NCBI GenBank assembly: GCA_963718235.1
Contig: CAVQYR010000002.1
Span: forward strand, 512,001-576,000
Source: an uncultured Actinomycetota bacterium
GTDB lineage: Bacteria > Actinomycetota > Actinomycetes > JAHEKZ01
Direction: 5' to 3'
DNA length: 64,000 bases
Part shown: positions 1-10,322 of the stretch, in pieces
Position numbering within the stretch: position 1 is the first letter of the stretch
Layout of the letters: each line of letters begins with the position of its first letter
Notes under the pieces: generated by a model
The model's database searches: none
What the model saw: only the letters and a program-made list of their open reading frames with translations
Told to the model about the DNA's origin: nothing
Program-made: the position numbers and the translations under genes

Positions 1-1663
1 GAACAGACTCGTCCCGAACTTCGTCACGCCATCGTTGTCGTGGCTGAGCAGCACATAGCGCAGGGCCGCCCGACGCTCGGGCGCCAGGGCCTCGATCTGG
101 CCGAAGTCGTTGACCACAGCCAGCACTTCGGGGTCGACGTCGACCCGGCTCTGGTCCTGGACCTGGTGTGACCACTCGCTGCCGTGGGGAGTGCCGATCC
201 ACAGCGCGCGGTCGATGCCGAGCGCCTCCGGTCCGAGCGTTCCCCAGTTCAGCAGCGCGTCCTGGCTGGTCCAGGCGCCCAGGCTCTCTCCGAACAGCAC
301 GACCTTGGGTCGCTCTTCGGGCGGCAGGTCGCGCACTCGACGAAGGATCGACAGCCACAGCAGGCGGTTCTGCTCGCGCGCGCCCGGCACCTTGCCCAAC
401 GACAGCGGCGAAGGTCGTTTGGAGTACTGCAGCGTGACGCTGGCCATGTCGCCGCGGCGTGAAGTACTGCGCGGCGGCGATGGCGCAGTAGTTGACGTAC
501 CCGGTGCCGGTGGGGGAGACCAGCATCAGCAGGGACCGGCTCCAGGCGTCTGTGCGGTCGAGCTCGGCCAGAGCGAGCTGAACCCGGTCGGTCGCGCTGG
601 GCGCACTGTCCAGCCCGACGTAGACCTGGATGGGCGTCGCCGTGGCCGGCTCGCCCATCACGGTCGGGATCGACAGGTCCAGGTCGACGCCCTCCGGACG
701 CTCGGCGGGAGGGACCGGGGCGGGGCGCACGTACGTGAATGCGTGCCGACGTCCCTCGCGGCCCATCGTGTCCCAGGCGACGAGGCTCGCAGTGCTGCCG
801 CTGATTTCCGAGGTGACGAAGCGCTGCGCGTCCGGGCCGCTGAGACCCTCGCCGAACGTCGTGGTCCCCTGCTCGATCCGTTCCATGCCCTGGGCCCACA
901 GCACCCGCAGGCCTGCCGCGCAGGCGCCGAGAATCGCACTGTGCCCGGCGAGCTGCCAGAAGACGGGGCTCCCGGGCAACCGGGAGGCGGCCAAGGAGCT
1001 GAGATCACGGGCGAGCTTGCCCTCGCCGACGGCAAGCCCGCCGAGCACGGCCACCACGCCGGTGGCGGCAGCGACGCCCAGCAGTGGGTTCGCTCCCATC
1101 GGCCCGGGGTCGGGCTCGTCGGCGTCGCCGGACTGGCGCAGCGTCTCGACGACGGCCGCTGTGGCCAGGCCGGCGGGAACGGCCAGCGGAATCCGGGCGA
1201 GCCGACCGCCGAGCCCCAGTCGTCGGTCCACCGCGCTGGAGCCGGCGGTCGCAACCGCCAGGATGCCGGCACCGACTCCGGTCGTCCCCGCCCGCCAGGC
1301 TCCCTGCCGGGCCATGGACCGTCGAAGCGACTCGTCGTGCTTGGTGGGCATCAGGCGCATCGTGGCCACACCGACCGGCACCGCGGCCAGGTCGGCGACC
1401 AGGACCCCGAGACCGGCCCGTGTCTCGTCGGACACCGACGCGGGCAGGGGCAGACGTGGTGCGATGACCGACCCGAGGTACTGCAAGCCGTCCTGCGTGA
1501 CGACGGTCATCAGGTAGGTGGCACCGACGCTCAGCCCGGTGATGATGCCCTGGTCCGACCAGGTGCGCTTCGACAGCGACCGGGCGAACGTCCCGGGAGT
1601 CATGGCCGCAGCAACGACCAGTCCGACCTGTTGGCTGCTCCCGACGTGCGGCATCGTGTCCAT
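1..1663 (-). CDS. Membrane-anchored alpha/beta-hydrolase (Abhydrolase_9/DUF2319-like); 3' end runs off the window; +1 frameshift near 457
   Basis: Manual translation from ATG 1663 gives hydrophobic N-terminal segments, GREGR and SPTGTGYVN. After removing one extra C near 457 the frame continues with LQYSKRPS and the nucleophile motif LFGESLGA. Missing from the ORF track because neither frame has a stop inside the window. Confidence 0.75.
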   Translation of the reverse strand, partial: MDTMPHVGSSQQVGLVVAAAMTPGTFARSLSKRTWSDQGIITGLSVGATYLMTVVTQDGLQYLGSVIAPRLPLPASVSDETRAGLGVLVADLAAVPVGVATMRLMPTKHDESLRRSMARQGAWRAGTTGVGAGILAVATAGSSAVDRRLGLGGRLARIPLAVPAGLATAAVVETLRQSGDADEPDPGPMGANPLLGVAAATGVVAVLGGLAVGEGKLARDLSSLAASRLPGSPVFWQLAGHSAILGACAAGLRVLWAQGMERIEQGTTTFGEGLSGPDAQRFVTSEISGSTASLVAWDTMGREGRRHAFTYVRPAPVPPAERPEGVDLDLSIPTVMGEPATATPIQVYVGLDSAPSATDRVQLALAELDRTDAWSRSLLMLVSPTGTGYVNYCAIAAAQYFTPRRHGQRHAAVLQTTFAAVVGQGAGRARAEPPAVAVDPSSSARPAARRATQGRAVRREPGRLDQPGRAAELGNARTGGARHRPRAVDRHSPRQRVVTPGPGPEPGRRRPRSAGCGQRLRPDRGPGARASGGPALCAAQPRQRWRDEVRDESV

Positions 1664-1803
1664 GCCGAGCACGGTACCGAATCGGGGCAGGCAGGCAGAA
1701 GTCCCCGTACCGTCGTGCCGGCCAAGCCCTGGAAGGTCGGCGCGACGCTGTAGCGTGGCCGAACCGCAGGGGCCCGTGCCGTTTCGTCGTCCAGGAGTCC
1801 GCC

Positions 1804-3193
1804 GTGAGCATGTACAAGGTCGTCAACCCCGCCACCGGGGCCACCGAGAGTGAGTTCCCTACCGCCACCGACGCCGAGATCGCTGGAGTGCTCGAGCGCA
1901 CGGCTGCTGCTTTCGGCCCTTGGAGCAGTACGCCAGTGGACGCGCGCGCCGCGGTGCTCCTGCGGGTCGCCGACCTCTATGCGGAGCGGGCCGATGCCCT
2001 GGCGGCGCTGATCACCCGCGAGATGGGCAAGACCACGGCCGAGGCGCTGGACGAGGTCGAGTTCTCCGTCGACATCTACCGGTACTACGCCAACCAGGGG
2101 CCGAGCCTGCTGGCTGACCAGCCGCTGGACTCGGACTCAGGAGGCGAGGCCTGGGTGCGCAAGGCCCCGGTGGGGCCGCTGCTGGGGATCATGCCGTGGA
2201 ACTACCCGTACTACCAGGTGGCCCGGTTCGCCGGCCCCCAACCTGATGGTCGGGAACACGATCGTGCTCAAGCACGCGCCGCAGTGCCCTGAGTCCGCTC
2301 TTGCCATGGAGCAGATCTTCCGTGACGCCGGCCTGGTCGAGGACGCCTACATCAACGTGTTCGCCACGAACGAGCAGGTGGCGGACATGATCGCCGACCC
2401 GAGGGTCCGCGGCGTGTCGGTGACCGGCAGCGAACGCGCCGGCACTGCGGTCGCGGCCTTGGCTGGGCAGAACCTCAAGAAGGTGGTGCTCGAGCTCGGT
2501 GGTTCGGATGCGTTCATCGTCCTGGACACTCCGGACGTTCCCAGTGTCGTCGAGGCGGCCGTAGGGGCACGGATGGAGAACGCCGGCCAGGCGTGCAACG
2601 CCTCCAAGCGTTTCATCGTGGCCGATGCCCTCTACGACGACTTCGTCGAGCAGTTCACGAAGGCGATGGCAGCCCAGATCACCGGTGACCCCACCGATCC
2701 CACCACCACCTACGGGCCACTCGTGTCCGAGCAGGCTCTGCAGGGTCTGCTCGGCCAGGTCGAGGACGCAGCCTCGAAGGGCGCGAAGGTGCACACCGGC
2801 GGTGCCCGGTTGGACCGGCCCGGTGCCTTCCTCGAGCCGACCGTGCTGACCGACGTGACGCCGGAGATGCGCGCCTACCGAGAAGAGCTCTTCGGGCCGG
2901 TCGCCGTGGTCTACCGCATCAGCGATGTCGACGAGGCGGTCGCGCTGGCCAACGACACTCCTTACGGCCTGGGTGGCGTCGTCTACAGCACCGACCAAGA
3001 GGTCGCACTGGACGTCGCGAACCGGCTGGACACAGGAATGGTGTGGATCAACGAGCCGCAAGGCGGCGGGCCCGAGCTGCCCTTCGGTGGCACGAAGCGC
3101 TCCGGCGTCGGCCGCGAGCTGGGCCCGGCGGGGATCGACGAGTTCGTCAACCGCAAGCTCATCCACGTGCCCGGCGCTCGGGCCGATGCCTAG
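1804..3193 (+). CDS. gabD: NAD(P)-dependent succinate-semialdehyde dehydrogenase / aldehyde dehydrogenase, split by a +1 frameshift in CCCCC at 2235-2239
   Basis: ORFs 1804-2292 and 2246-3193 join into one ALDH with IMPWNYP, TGSERAG, LELGGSD, GQACNA, EELFGPV and PFGGTKRSG. RBS AGGAG upstream. Confidence 0.8.
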
Positions 3194-3194
3194 C

Positions 3195-4538
3195 TCACGA
3201 CCCGACGATCAGCGGCCCCCCGTGGCAGCGCTTCCACTTGCGACCTGAGCCGCAGGTGCACGGGTCGTTGCGCTTTCGTTTCGCGTCCTCGGTGGCGTAG
3301 AGCGCCATGATGTCCGCGGGGGAGCGTTTGCGGGCGAGCAACTCACCCATGATGCGCATCGGCCGGTCGACGTGGTGGAAGAACGTCTTGAACCCGGGGC
3401 ACAGGTAGTTGAGGCCGGGTTCGCCGTCCGGTGTTGTCGTGAACCGGTCCTTCGGGCAGCCACCGTGGCAGGCGAAACGGACGTCGCACTCCCGGCAGAA
3501 CCGGGGGAGGGAGTCGCGCTTGTCGAGTCCGAACTGTCGCTGACGCGGTGAGGAGACGAGATCGAGCATATGGTGCTCGGTGATGTTGCCCAGCAGGTAG
3601 CCAGGCTCCACGAAGTGGTCGCAGGAGTACAGGTCGCCGGTGTGTTCCAGGGCCAGGGCCAGGCCGCACGTCTCGCTGTGGATGCACAGCCCGGGCGGCT
3701 CACCCACCCAGTTGCCCAAGGCAACGTCGAACATCTGCACGTACACCGAGCCGACGTCGCGGCGAACCCACTCCTCGAAGACGTCGACGAGGAAGCGTCC
3801 GTACTGCTCGCCCCCCACCGACCGGTCAGTGACGACGTCGCCGTCCTGCACGTACAGCGGCCGGTCGCGCCATGACGACCACGTCGCTGACTCCCCGGCG
3901 GCCCCCTCAGCCACACGCTCGACGATGGGGATGAACTGCATGTACCGGGCGTCACACTCGTCGCGCAGGAACCGGTACACCTCCCGGCCCCGGTCGCCGT
4001 TCGCGGCGTGAATCGTGGTCAGAGCGTTCCACTCGACCCCGGCGTCGCGAAGGAATCCCAGTCCCCGCATCACCTGGTCGAAGGACCCCTTGCCGCCCTT
4101 GTTGACCCGGTAGGTGTCGTGCATGTGGCGTGGCCCGTCGATGGAGATGCCGACCAGGAAGTCGTGCTCCAGGAAGAAGGCCGCCCACTCCTCGTCGAGC
4201 AGCGTCCCGTTGGTCTGGATCGTGTAGGCCGCCCGCTGTCCGGGCTTCAGGTAACGCTCAGCCAGCTCGACCGAGCGCCGGAAGAAGTCGACCCCCATCA
4301 TCGTCGGCTCACCGCCCTGCCAGGCGATGGCGACCTCGGGCACCTGCCCGTGCGCCTCGATGAGCTGGCGCAGGTAGGTCTCGAGCAGCTCGTCGGCCAT
4401 CCGGAACCGGCTGCCGGGGTACAGCATCTCCTTGGACAGGAAGAAGCAGTAGGAGCAGTCCAGGTTGCAGACAGCGCCGGTGGGCTTCGCGAGCAGGTGG
4501 AAGGCCCGTGGAACTTCCGGGCCGGTCGACGGGATCAA
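3195..4538 (-). CDS. Anaerobic sulfatase-maturating radical SAM/SPASM enzyme with C-terminal SEC-C motif
   Basis: AKPTGAVCNLDCSYCF, WQGGEPT, QTNGTLL, SPASM cysteines (YSCDHFV; CRECDVRFACHGGCPKDR), RNDPCTCGSGRKWKRCHG. Confidence 0.9.
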   Translation of the reverse strand: MIPSTGPEVPRAFHLLAKPTGAVCNLDCSYCFFLSKEMLYPGSRFRMADELLETYLRQLIEAHGQVPEVAIAWQGGEPTMMGVDFFRRSVELAERYLKPGQRAAYTIQTNGTLLDEEWAAFFLEHDFLVGISIDGPRHMHDTYRVNKGGKGSFDQVMRGLGFLRDAGVEWNALTTIHAANGDRGREVYRFLRDECDARYMQFIPIVERVAEGAAGESATWSSWRDRPLYVQDGDVVTDRSVGGEQYGRFLVDVFEEWVRRDVGSVYVQMFDVALGNWVGEPPGLCIHSETCGLALALEHTGDLYSCDHFVEPGYLLGNITEHHMLDLVSSPRQRQFGLDKRDSLPRFCRECDVRFACHGGCPKDRFTTTPDGEPGLNYLCPGFKTFFHHVDRPMRIMGELLARKRSPADIMALYATEDAKRKRNDPCTCGSGRKWKRCHGGPLIVGS

Positions 4539-4558
4539 GAGTGGTGGTTGACCGACGG

Positions 4559-5446
4559 TCAGGTCACGGATGCAGCGAAGATGCTGCTGATCGAGGCGTC
4601 GAGCACCGCGTCGAACTCAGCCTCCGTCTGCTGTGCGGTCAGACCCTCGGTGAGGGCGCGGGAGAAACTCGCAACCACGCCGCGGTTCCTGGCCAGGCGG
4701 GTGTTGGCGTCGTCGCGGGTGTAGCCGCCGGACAGCGCCACCACTCGCAGCACGTTCGGGTGCTTGACCAGGTCGGTGTAGAACCCGTCCTGGTCGGGGA
4801 GGGTGAGCTTCAGCATGACGTGCTGGTCGGCGTCGAGTCGGCCCAGCTCGGCGAGGATCGCGGCCTTCAGCAGGTCCTCGGCAGCGGCCTTCTGCGGGCT
4901 GTGGATGTCGACCTCGGGCTCGATGATGGGCACGAGTCCGGCGCCGAGGATCTGCCGCCCGATCGTGAACTGCTGGCCCACCACGGCGTCGACGCCCGCG
5001 GCGTTGGCCAGCTTGATGACCGAGCGCATCTTCGTGCCGAACACCCCGTGCGTGGTGGCCCTCGCGAGAAGGGCGTCGAGGTCGGGGATCGGCTTCATCA
5101 CCTGCGCACCGTCGACCTCGTCGGCCAGGCCCTTGTCGACCTTCAGGAAGGGCACGACGTTCTTGTCCTGCCACAGGTACTCAGCCGATCCCTTGCCCTC
5201 GATCTGGCGGTCCATGGTCATCTCGAAGAGGATCGCGCCGAGGATCCGCTCGCCGGTGAATGCCGGGCTGGTGATGATCCGACTGCGCATCTCGTGGATC
5301 CGGTCGAACATCTCCGCGTCGTTGGAGTAGGCGGTCTCGTCCAGGCCGTAGAGCTTCAGGGCCTTGGGGGTGCTGCCACCGCTCTGGTCGAGTGCGGCGA
5401 TGAACCCGCGGCCACTCCTGACCTTGTCGAACTGCTCGTCGTTCAC
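4559..5446 (-). CDS. fda: Class I fructose-bisphosphate aldolase (bacterial type)
   Basis: GFIAALDQSGGSTPKAL, PFLKVDKGL, FGTKMRSVI, VALSGGY, ASFSRAL. Confidence 0.93.
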   Translation of the reverse strand: MNDEQFDKVRSGRGFIAALDQSGGSTPKALKLYGLDETAYSNDAEMFDRIHEMRSRIITSPAFTGERILGAILFEMTMDRQIEGKGSAEYLWQDKNVVPFLKVDKGLADEVDGAQVMKPIPDLDALLARATTHGVFGTKMRSVIKLANAAGVDAVVGQQFTIGRQILGAGLVPIIEPEVDIHSPQKAAAEDLLKAAILAELGRLDADQHVMLKLTLPDQDGFYTDLVKHPNVLRVVALSGGYTRDDANTRLARNRGVVASFSRALTEGLTAQQTEAEFDAVLDASISSIFAASVT

Positions 5447-5608
5447 GTGTGGTCCCTTTCGCGTCGAGGTGCCTGGCGCCGGCTCGTCCGGGAACTGCGG
5501 TGCCGCTGTGCGACCCGATCCCGCCCCCTATGCCTACCACTCGGCGCGCATGGTTCCCAGGGCCGGTCGCCCCGGCGAAGCGCCGGAGACCGGGCGTGCG
5601 CCCTCCAC

Positions 5609-6586
5609 TCAGCCGGTCGCCCCCACCTCGCTGACGGCGGCGGCGGGCGCGAGCTTGTCCAGGGGGACGTCCTTCTCGGCGATCCCGGCCGCCAGCGAGG
5701 CCGCGCCGTAGGCGGCCATGCACTGCAGGTAGAGGACGAGCAGGATGCCGATCGGCGCCGCCAGTGCTCCGTACTGGGGCTTGTCGACCGAGAAGGCGAC
5801 GATGAAGGCCATGAAGTACTTCAGGAGCTCGATCAGCACCGCCCCGACCAGCGCGCCGATCAGTCGCGGCCGACGGTCCGGCCGGATCCCGCCCAGGTGC
5901 CCCAGCAGCAGGTAGAGGATGAGGACGTCGACGGCGAGGGCCAGCGCGATGGTCACGGCGACGAGCACGAAGCGGCCAATCGTGGAGTCCAGCCCGAGGT
6001 CGTCGAGGATGGGTCCGGCGTAGCTGGCCACCATCGTGGTCGCCGCGTACGAGACGGCGACCAGAGGAAGGAAGACCAGCATCCAGCCGAGCAGGCGCGC
6101 CCGTGCCTTGGCGAAGCTCCTCGGGTCCGGTGCGGCACCGTAGATCTGGTGCAGCGAGCCGCTGGCGGCGACCATCGCCCCGCCGCCGGCCCAGAGCAGG
6201 GCCAGCAGGCCCACCACCGACGTCGTCCGCCCGACCGCTTTCAGCTTCTGCGGGTCGATGCCGTCCTCACCGACCACGCCCGGGAAGGCGTTCTGCAGCG
6301 CGTCGGTCAGATGGCTTGCCATCTGGTCGGCACCAAGGATCGCCACCAGGCCGTAGCCGAAGGCCACGATCGAGAACATCGCGAGAAACAGGTAGTACGT
6401 GGTCCCGGCGGCCAGCAGCCCAGCCTTGGCGTAGGTGAACCGCTGCATCGCGCGGTAGCCGACACCGACTGCATCGCTTGCGGCGCCCTCCTTCTCGTCG
6501 ATGTTCTTGACTGCTTCCGGGGTCTCCTTGGGAGGTGGGTCGATCAGCTCGCCAGGGATCGGCGGAGGGACGGCGATTGCGCCCAT
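5609..6586 (-). CDS. YihY/BrkB family membrane protein
   Basis: About 6 TM segments; LLAAGTTYYLFLAMF and YGALAAPIGILLVLY motifs. Confidence 0.8.
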   Translation of the reverse strand: MGAIAVPPPIPGELIDPPPKETPEAVKNIDEKEGAASDAVGVGYRAMQRFTYAKAGLLAAGTTYYLFLAMFSIVAFGYGLVAILGADQMASHLTDALQNAFPGVVGEDGIDPQKLKAVGRTTSVVGLLALLWAGGGAMVAASGSLHQIYGAAPDPRSFAKARARLLGWMLVFLPLVAVSYAATTMVASYAGPILDDLGLDSTIGRFVLVAVTIALALAVDVLILYLLLGHLGGIRPDRRPRLIGALVGAVLIELLKYFMAFIVAFSVDKPQYGALAAPIGILLVLYLQCMAAYGAASLAAGIAEKDVPLDKLAPAAAVSEVGATG

Positions 6587-6948
6587 AGTTCTGCTCCCGT
6601 GTCCAGTGTTCGGCGCCGATGCCCAGCGCCTGAGTCTAGGGATCGGAAGTGTTCCACAGCCCTCTTCGGGGCGTCAGCGGGGACGCGATGAGCGTCGGCC
6701 CCCACGTTGGCGGCGGCCGCGAGACCTCGTCCACATGTTGCGGCGCTGCTGAGGCAGCGCTAGTTTCCGATCGCGCATTCGATCACCTGCTGCGCGGACG
6801 CGTGACACGACCCTGCACGTGTCGTCCAGCAAGCGATGACGAACTTCGCTTTCTGTTGTCCCCTGTCGCGGGCAGGAGCGCCGTTGGTGATCCTGCTCCG
6901 GTTGGGGATCTGCCCAGTACGTTCCGACGAGCACGGAGGTTCATCGAT

Positions 6949-7110
6949 ATGAGCGACATGTTCAACAAGGCGAAGGACGCGCTGACCGGCGGCGGCAACG
7001 AGGCCGACTCGGCGGTCGACCAGGCTGCCGACGCGGTCAAGGAGAAGACCCCTGACCAGGTCGACACGGCGGTCGAGCAGGTCGCCGACAAGGCCAAGGA
7101 CGCGATCTAA
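6949..7110 (+). CDS. Small acidic helical protein, Rv0909/MT0933-like
   Basis: GGAGG RBS, then MSDMFNKAKDAL...VDQAADAVKEKTPDQVD...DKAKDAI (53 aa). Confidence 0.65.
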   Translation: MSDMFNKAKDALTGGGNEADSAVDQAADAVKEKTPDQVDTAVEQVADKAKDAI

Positions 7111-7130
7111 CCGAGTCCCTGCGCGTCATC

Positions 7131-7174
7131 GCGTGACGCCGGGGCCAGCTACGGTCTCGGCTCCGGCGTCACGC
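7131..7174 (+). terminator. Stable stem-loop (about 16 bp) after the small gene
   Basis: GCGTGACGCCGGGGCC ... GGCTCCGGCGTCACGC: 12 perfect pairs extended through a G-U pair. Confidence 0.5.
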
Positions 7175-7218
7175 TCGCGAACCAAGCCCCCAAGAACTCG
7201 ACCACACACCCAGGAGAA

Positions 7219-7506
7219 GTGATGCTCGGAGCCATCATCGTCGGATTCATCGCCGGAACAATCGGTAGGTTCCTGATCCCCGACGCCTTCAACAACGTCG
7301 AGGGCGTGAAGTCGTGGATCCTGTCTACGCTCCTCGGCCTCGCGGGGGCGTTCCTCGGATGGCTGATCTTCGCCAAAGGCCTCGGCTGGGGTGACGACGA
7401 CATCTTCGATCTCGGCTCGATCTTCGGCGCGATCATCGGGGTCATCATCCTGCTTCCGATCGTTGGGTTCATCGCCAAGCGCGCCAACAAGGGCAAGGCC
7501 GCCTGA
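7219..7506 (+). CDS. GlsB/YeaQ/YmgE (transglycosylase-associated) family membrane protein
   Basis: IIVGFIAGTIGRFLIP...LLGLAGAFLG...SIFGAIIGVIILL; 3 TM; AGGAG RBS. Confidence 0.8.
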   Translation: MMLGAIIVGFIAGTIGRFLIPDAFNNVEGVKSWILSTLLGLAGAFLGWLIFAKGLGWGDDDIFDLGSIFGAIIGVIILLPIVGFIAKRANKGKAA

Positions 7507-7541
7507 CCAGTCCGTCGTCCACCGCGTGAGGGGAGTGCTCC

Positions 7542-8282
7542 ATGCCCACGGTCCAGCGAACGCTCGAGCTTGACCCGGCGATCCAGGCGGTCGAGGTCAA
7601 GATCACCGCGCAGATGAAGGACGAAACGATGGTGCGCAAGGCCCTCGAACGCAGTGGGGAGGAGCCGGAGCACCGCCAGGTCTACTTCTACGACACCTCC
7701 GACCTGGCCCTGTTCGACGCCGGTGTCGTCCTGCGCGCCCGCAAGGTCTCAGGTGACACCGACGACTCCACCGTCAAGCTGCGGCCGGTGGACCCGACCA
7801 CCTTGTCGGAGGCGTGGAAGCAGACCGAGGGCTTCGAGGTCGAGCTCGACGGCGTGGGTGACTCCACGATCTGTTCGGCCAAGCTGTCGGCCGAGCAGGC
7901 CGGGGGTGAGATCGACGCGGTTGCCGCCGGTGACCGGGAGATCCGCAAGCTCTTCTCGGCCGAGCAGGAGCGGCTGGTCGTGGAGCACGCTCCGACCAGC
8001 ATCACCTGGCAGGACCTGCAGATCCTGGGACCGGTCGAGGTGCGCAAGTGGAAGATCGACCCGAAGGGCTTCGGTGAGGACGTCGTCGCCGAGGAGTGGA
8101 CGCTGCCCGACGGTTCGGACCTGATCGAGCTGTCGATCAAGATCGAGCCGGAACGGGCCAACGACGCCTCGGAGACCTTCATGGGCTTCCTGGAGGACAA
8201 CGGCTTCACCACCGAGGGCGACCAGCAGACCAAGACCCGGGCGACCTTGACCTACTTCACCGGGGGCGCAGGCTTCTCCTGA
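7542..8282 (+). CDS. CYTH-like (triphosphate tunnel metalloenzyme / adenylate cyclase-like) protein
   Basis: N-terminal ExK (VEVK), YFYDT, VVLRARK, STVKLRP, ELSIK, QQTKT. Confidence 0.6.
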   Translation: MPTVQRTLELDPAIQAVEVKITAQMKDETMVRKALERSGEEPEHRQVYFYDTSDLALFDAGVVLRARKVSGDTDDSTVKLRPVDPTTLSEAWKQTEGFEVELDGVGDSTICSAKLSAEQAGGEIDAVAAGDREIRKLFSAEQERLVVEHAPTSITWQDLQILGPVEVRKWKIDPKGFGEDVVAEEWTLPDGSDLIELSIKIEPERANDASETFMGFLEDNGFTTEGDQQTKTRATLTYFTGGAGFS

Positions 8283-8324
8283 CCGGGGTAGGTCCAGGTG
8301 TGCCTGGGTCGTTGTCCACCAGGC

Positions 8325-10322
8325 TCATCCGGGGGCAGGCGTCGCCCCCATGGCCTCGACCGCCGGCTCCAGGAACTGGCTCTCGTACAGCTCGTAGTAG
8401 AACCCACCACGAGCGATCAGCTCGGCGTGGGTGCCCTGCTCGACGATCTGTCCGCGGTCCATCACCACGATCGTGTTCGCGTCTCGGATCGTCGAGAGCC
8501 GGTGCGCGATCACGAAGCTGGTCCGACCGGCCCGCAGTCGGGCGAGGGCCCGTTGGATCAGCACCTCGGTCCGGGTGTCCACCGAGCTGGTCGCCTCGTC
8601 GAGGATCAGGATCGCCGGATCGGCCAGGAAGGCTCGAGCGATCGTGAGCAGCTGCTTCTCACCCGCAGACAGGTTCGACGCCTCGTCGTCGAGCACGGTG
8701 TCGTACCCGTCCGGGAGCGTGTGCACGAAGTGCTCGACGTTCGCCGCCCTTGCCGCCTCCTGGATCTGGGCGTCGGAGGCCCCCTCGGCCCCGTAGGCGA
8801 TGTTCTCGCGGATGGTTCCGCCGAACAGCCATGTGTCCTGCAACACCATGCCGAAGGTGCGCCTGAGGTCGTCGCGGGACATGGACCGGGTGTCCACGCC
8901 GTCCAGCTCGATCGTGCCGGCGTCGATCTCGTAGAACCTCATGAGCAGGTTGACCAACGTCGTCTTGCCCGCACCGGTCGGCCCCACGATCGCGACGGTC
9001 TCGCCGGGCCTGACGCGCAGCTGGAGGTCCTCGATCAGCGGAGTCTGCTTCTCGTAGCGGAACGAGACCGCGGTGAGGTCGATCCGTCCGGAGGGGTCGG
9101 GCACGACCTGCGCCTCGGCCGGGTCGGGCTCCTCCTCCTCGGCGTCGAGCAGCTCGAAGACGCGCTCGGCGCTGGCGACGCCGGACTGCATGAGGTTCAC
9201 CACACTGGCGATCTGCGTGATCGGCATCGTGAACTGGCGTGAGTACTGGATGAACGCCTGCACGTCGCCCAGGGGCATCGACCCGGAAGCCACCTGGAGT
9301 CCGCCGATGACACAGATCGCGACGTAGTTCAGGTTGCCGACGAAAGCCATCGTTGGCTGGATGATCCCCGAGATGAACTGGGCGCGGTAGCTCGACTGGT
9401 ACATCTGCTCGTTGAGCTGGTCGAAGTCGTCGACGGCACGCTCGCGGTGTCCGAACACCTGGACGAGGTCGTGGCCGGTGTACATCTCCTCGACGTGACC
9501 GTTGAGCCGGCCGGTCCACTCCCACTGTGCGACGAAGTGCGTGCGAGACCGTCGGGCGATCAGCAGCGTGAGCGCGAGGGACAAGGGCACGACGAGCAAT
9601 GAGATCACCGCGAGCAGCGGTGAGATCCAGAACATCATGACGAGGACCCCGACCACGGTGAGCACTGAGGTCACGAGCTGGGTGAGCACCTGCTGCAGAG
9701 TCGTGGAGACGTTGTCGATGTCGTTGGTCACCCGACTCAGCAGGTCCCCACGGGCGTGGGTGTCGAAGTATCGCAAGGGCAAACGGCCGAGCTTCAGCTC
9801 GACGTCTTGGCGCAGTGCGAAGACGACCCGTTGGGTCACCCCCGCCATCACGTACCCCTGCCCCCAGAGGAACAGCGAGCTGACCAGGTACACGGCGGCC
9901 ACCAGGACGAGCAGCCGGCCGAGGGCCGCGAAGTCGACGCCGGAGCCGGGCACCACCGTCATCCCGCTGACCAGGTCGGCCAGCTGACCCTGGCCGGCGG
10001 CGCGCAGGGCGTCCTCAGCCTGCTGCTGGGTGAGACCGGAGGGCAGCTGCTGACCGATCACCCCGGCGAAGATCATCGTGGTGGCGTTGCCCAGCAGCTT
10101 CGGCCCGAGCACGGCCAGGCTCACGCTGACCACAGCCATGCCGAGCACGCCGACGAGGGCGATCCGCTCGGGTCGCAGCCGATGGGCCAGGCGGCGCAGC
10201 GTGCCGGCGAAGTCCTTGGACTTCTCCGGAACGACCATCAACCCGGCCATGGGTCCACCACGACCCGGGCCGCCCCCGCCCGGACCTGGTCCACCAGGTG
10301 GGCCGGGGCGGGTGGCGCTCAT
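8325..10322 (-). CDS. ABC exporter half-transporter (TMD+NBD), consensus subunit
   Basis: 6 TM, GPTGAGKTT, LSAGEKQ, ILDEATSSVD, IAHRLST. Confidence 0.92.
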   Translation of the reverse strand: MSATRPGPPGGPGPGGGGPGRGGPMAGLMVVPEKSKDFAGTLRRLAHRLRPERIALVGVLGMAVVSVSLAVLGPKLLGNATTMIFAGVIGQQLPSGLTQQQAEDALRAAGQGQLADLVSGMTVVPGSGVDFAALGRLLVLVAAVYLVSSLFLWGQGYVMAGVTQRVVFALRQDVELKLGRLPLRYFDTHARGDLLSRVTNDIDNVSTTLQQVLTQLVTSVLTVVGVLVMMFWISPLLAVISLLVVPLSLALTLLIARRSRTHFVAQWEWTGRLNGHVEEMYTGHDLVQVFGHRERAVDDFDQLNEQMYQSSYRAQFISGIIQPTMAFVGNLNYVAICVIGGLQVASGSMPLGDVQAFIQYSRQFTMPITQIASVVNLMQSGVASAERVFELLDAEEEEPDPAEAQVVPDPSGRIDLTAVSFRYEKQTPLIEDLQLRVRPGETVAIVGPTGAGKTTLVNLLMRFYEIDAGTIELDGVDTRSMSRDDLRRTFGMVLQDTWLFGGTIRENIAYGAEGASDAQIQEAARAANVEHFVHTLPDGYDTVLDDEASNLSAGEKQLLTIARAFLADPAILILDEATSSVDTRTEVLIQRALARLRAGRTSFVIAHRLSTIRDANTIVVMDRGQIVEQGTHAELIARGGFYYELYESQFLEPAVEAMGATPAPG

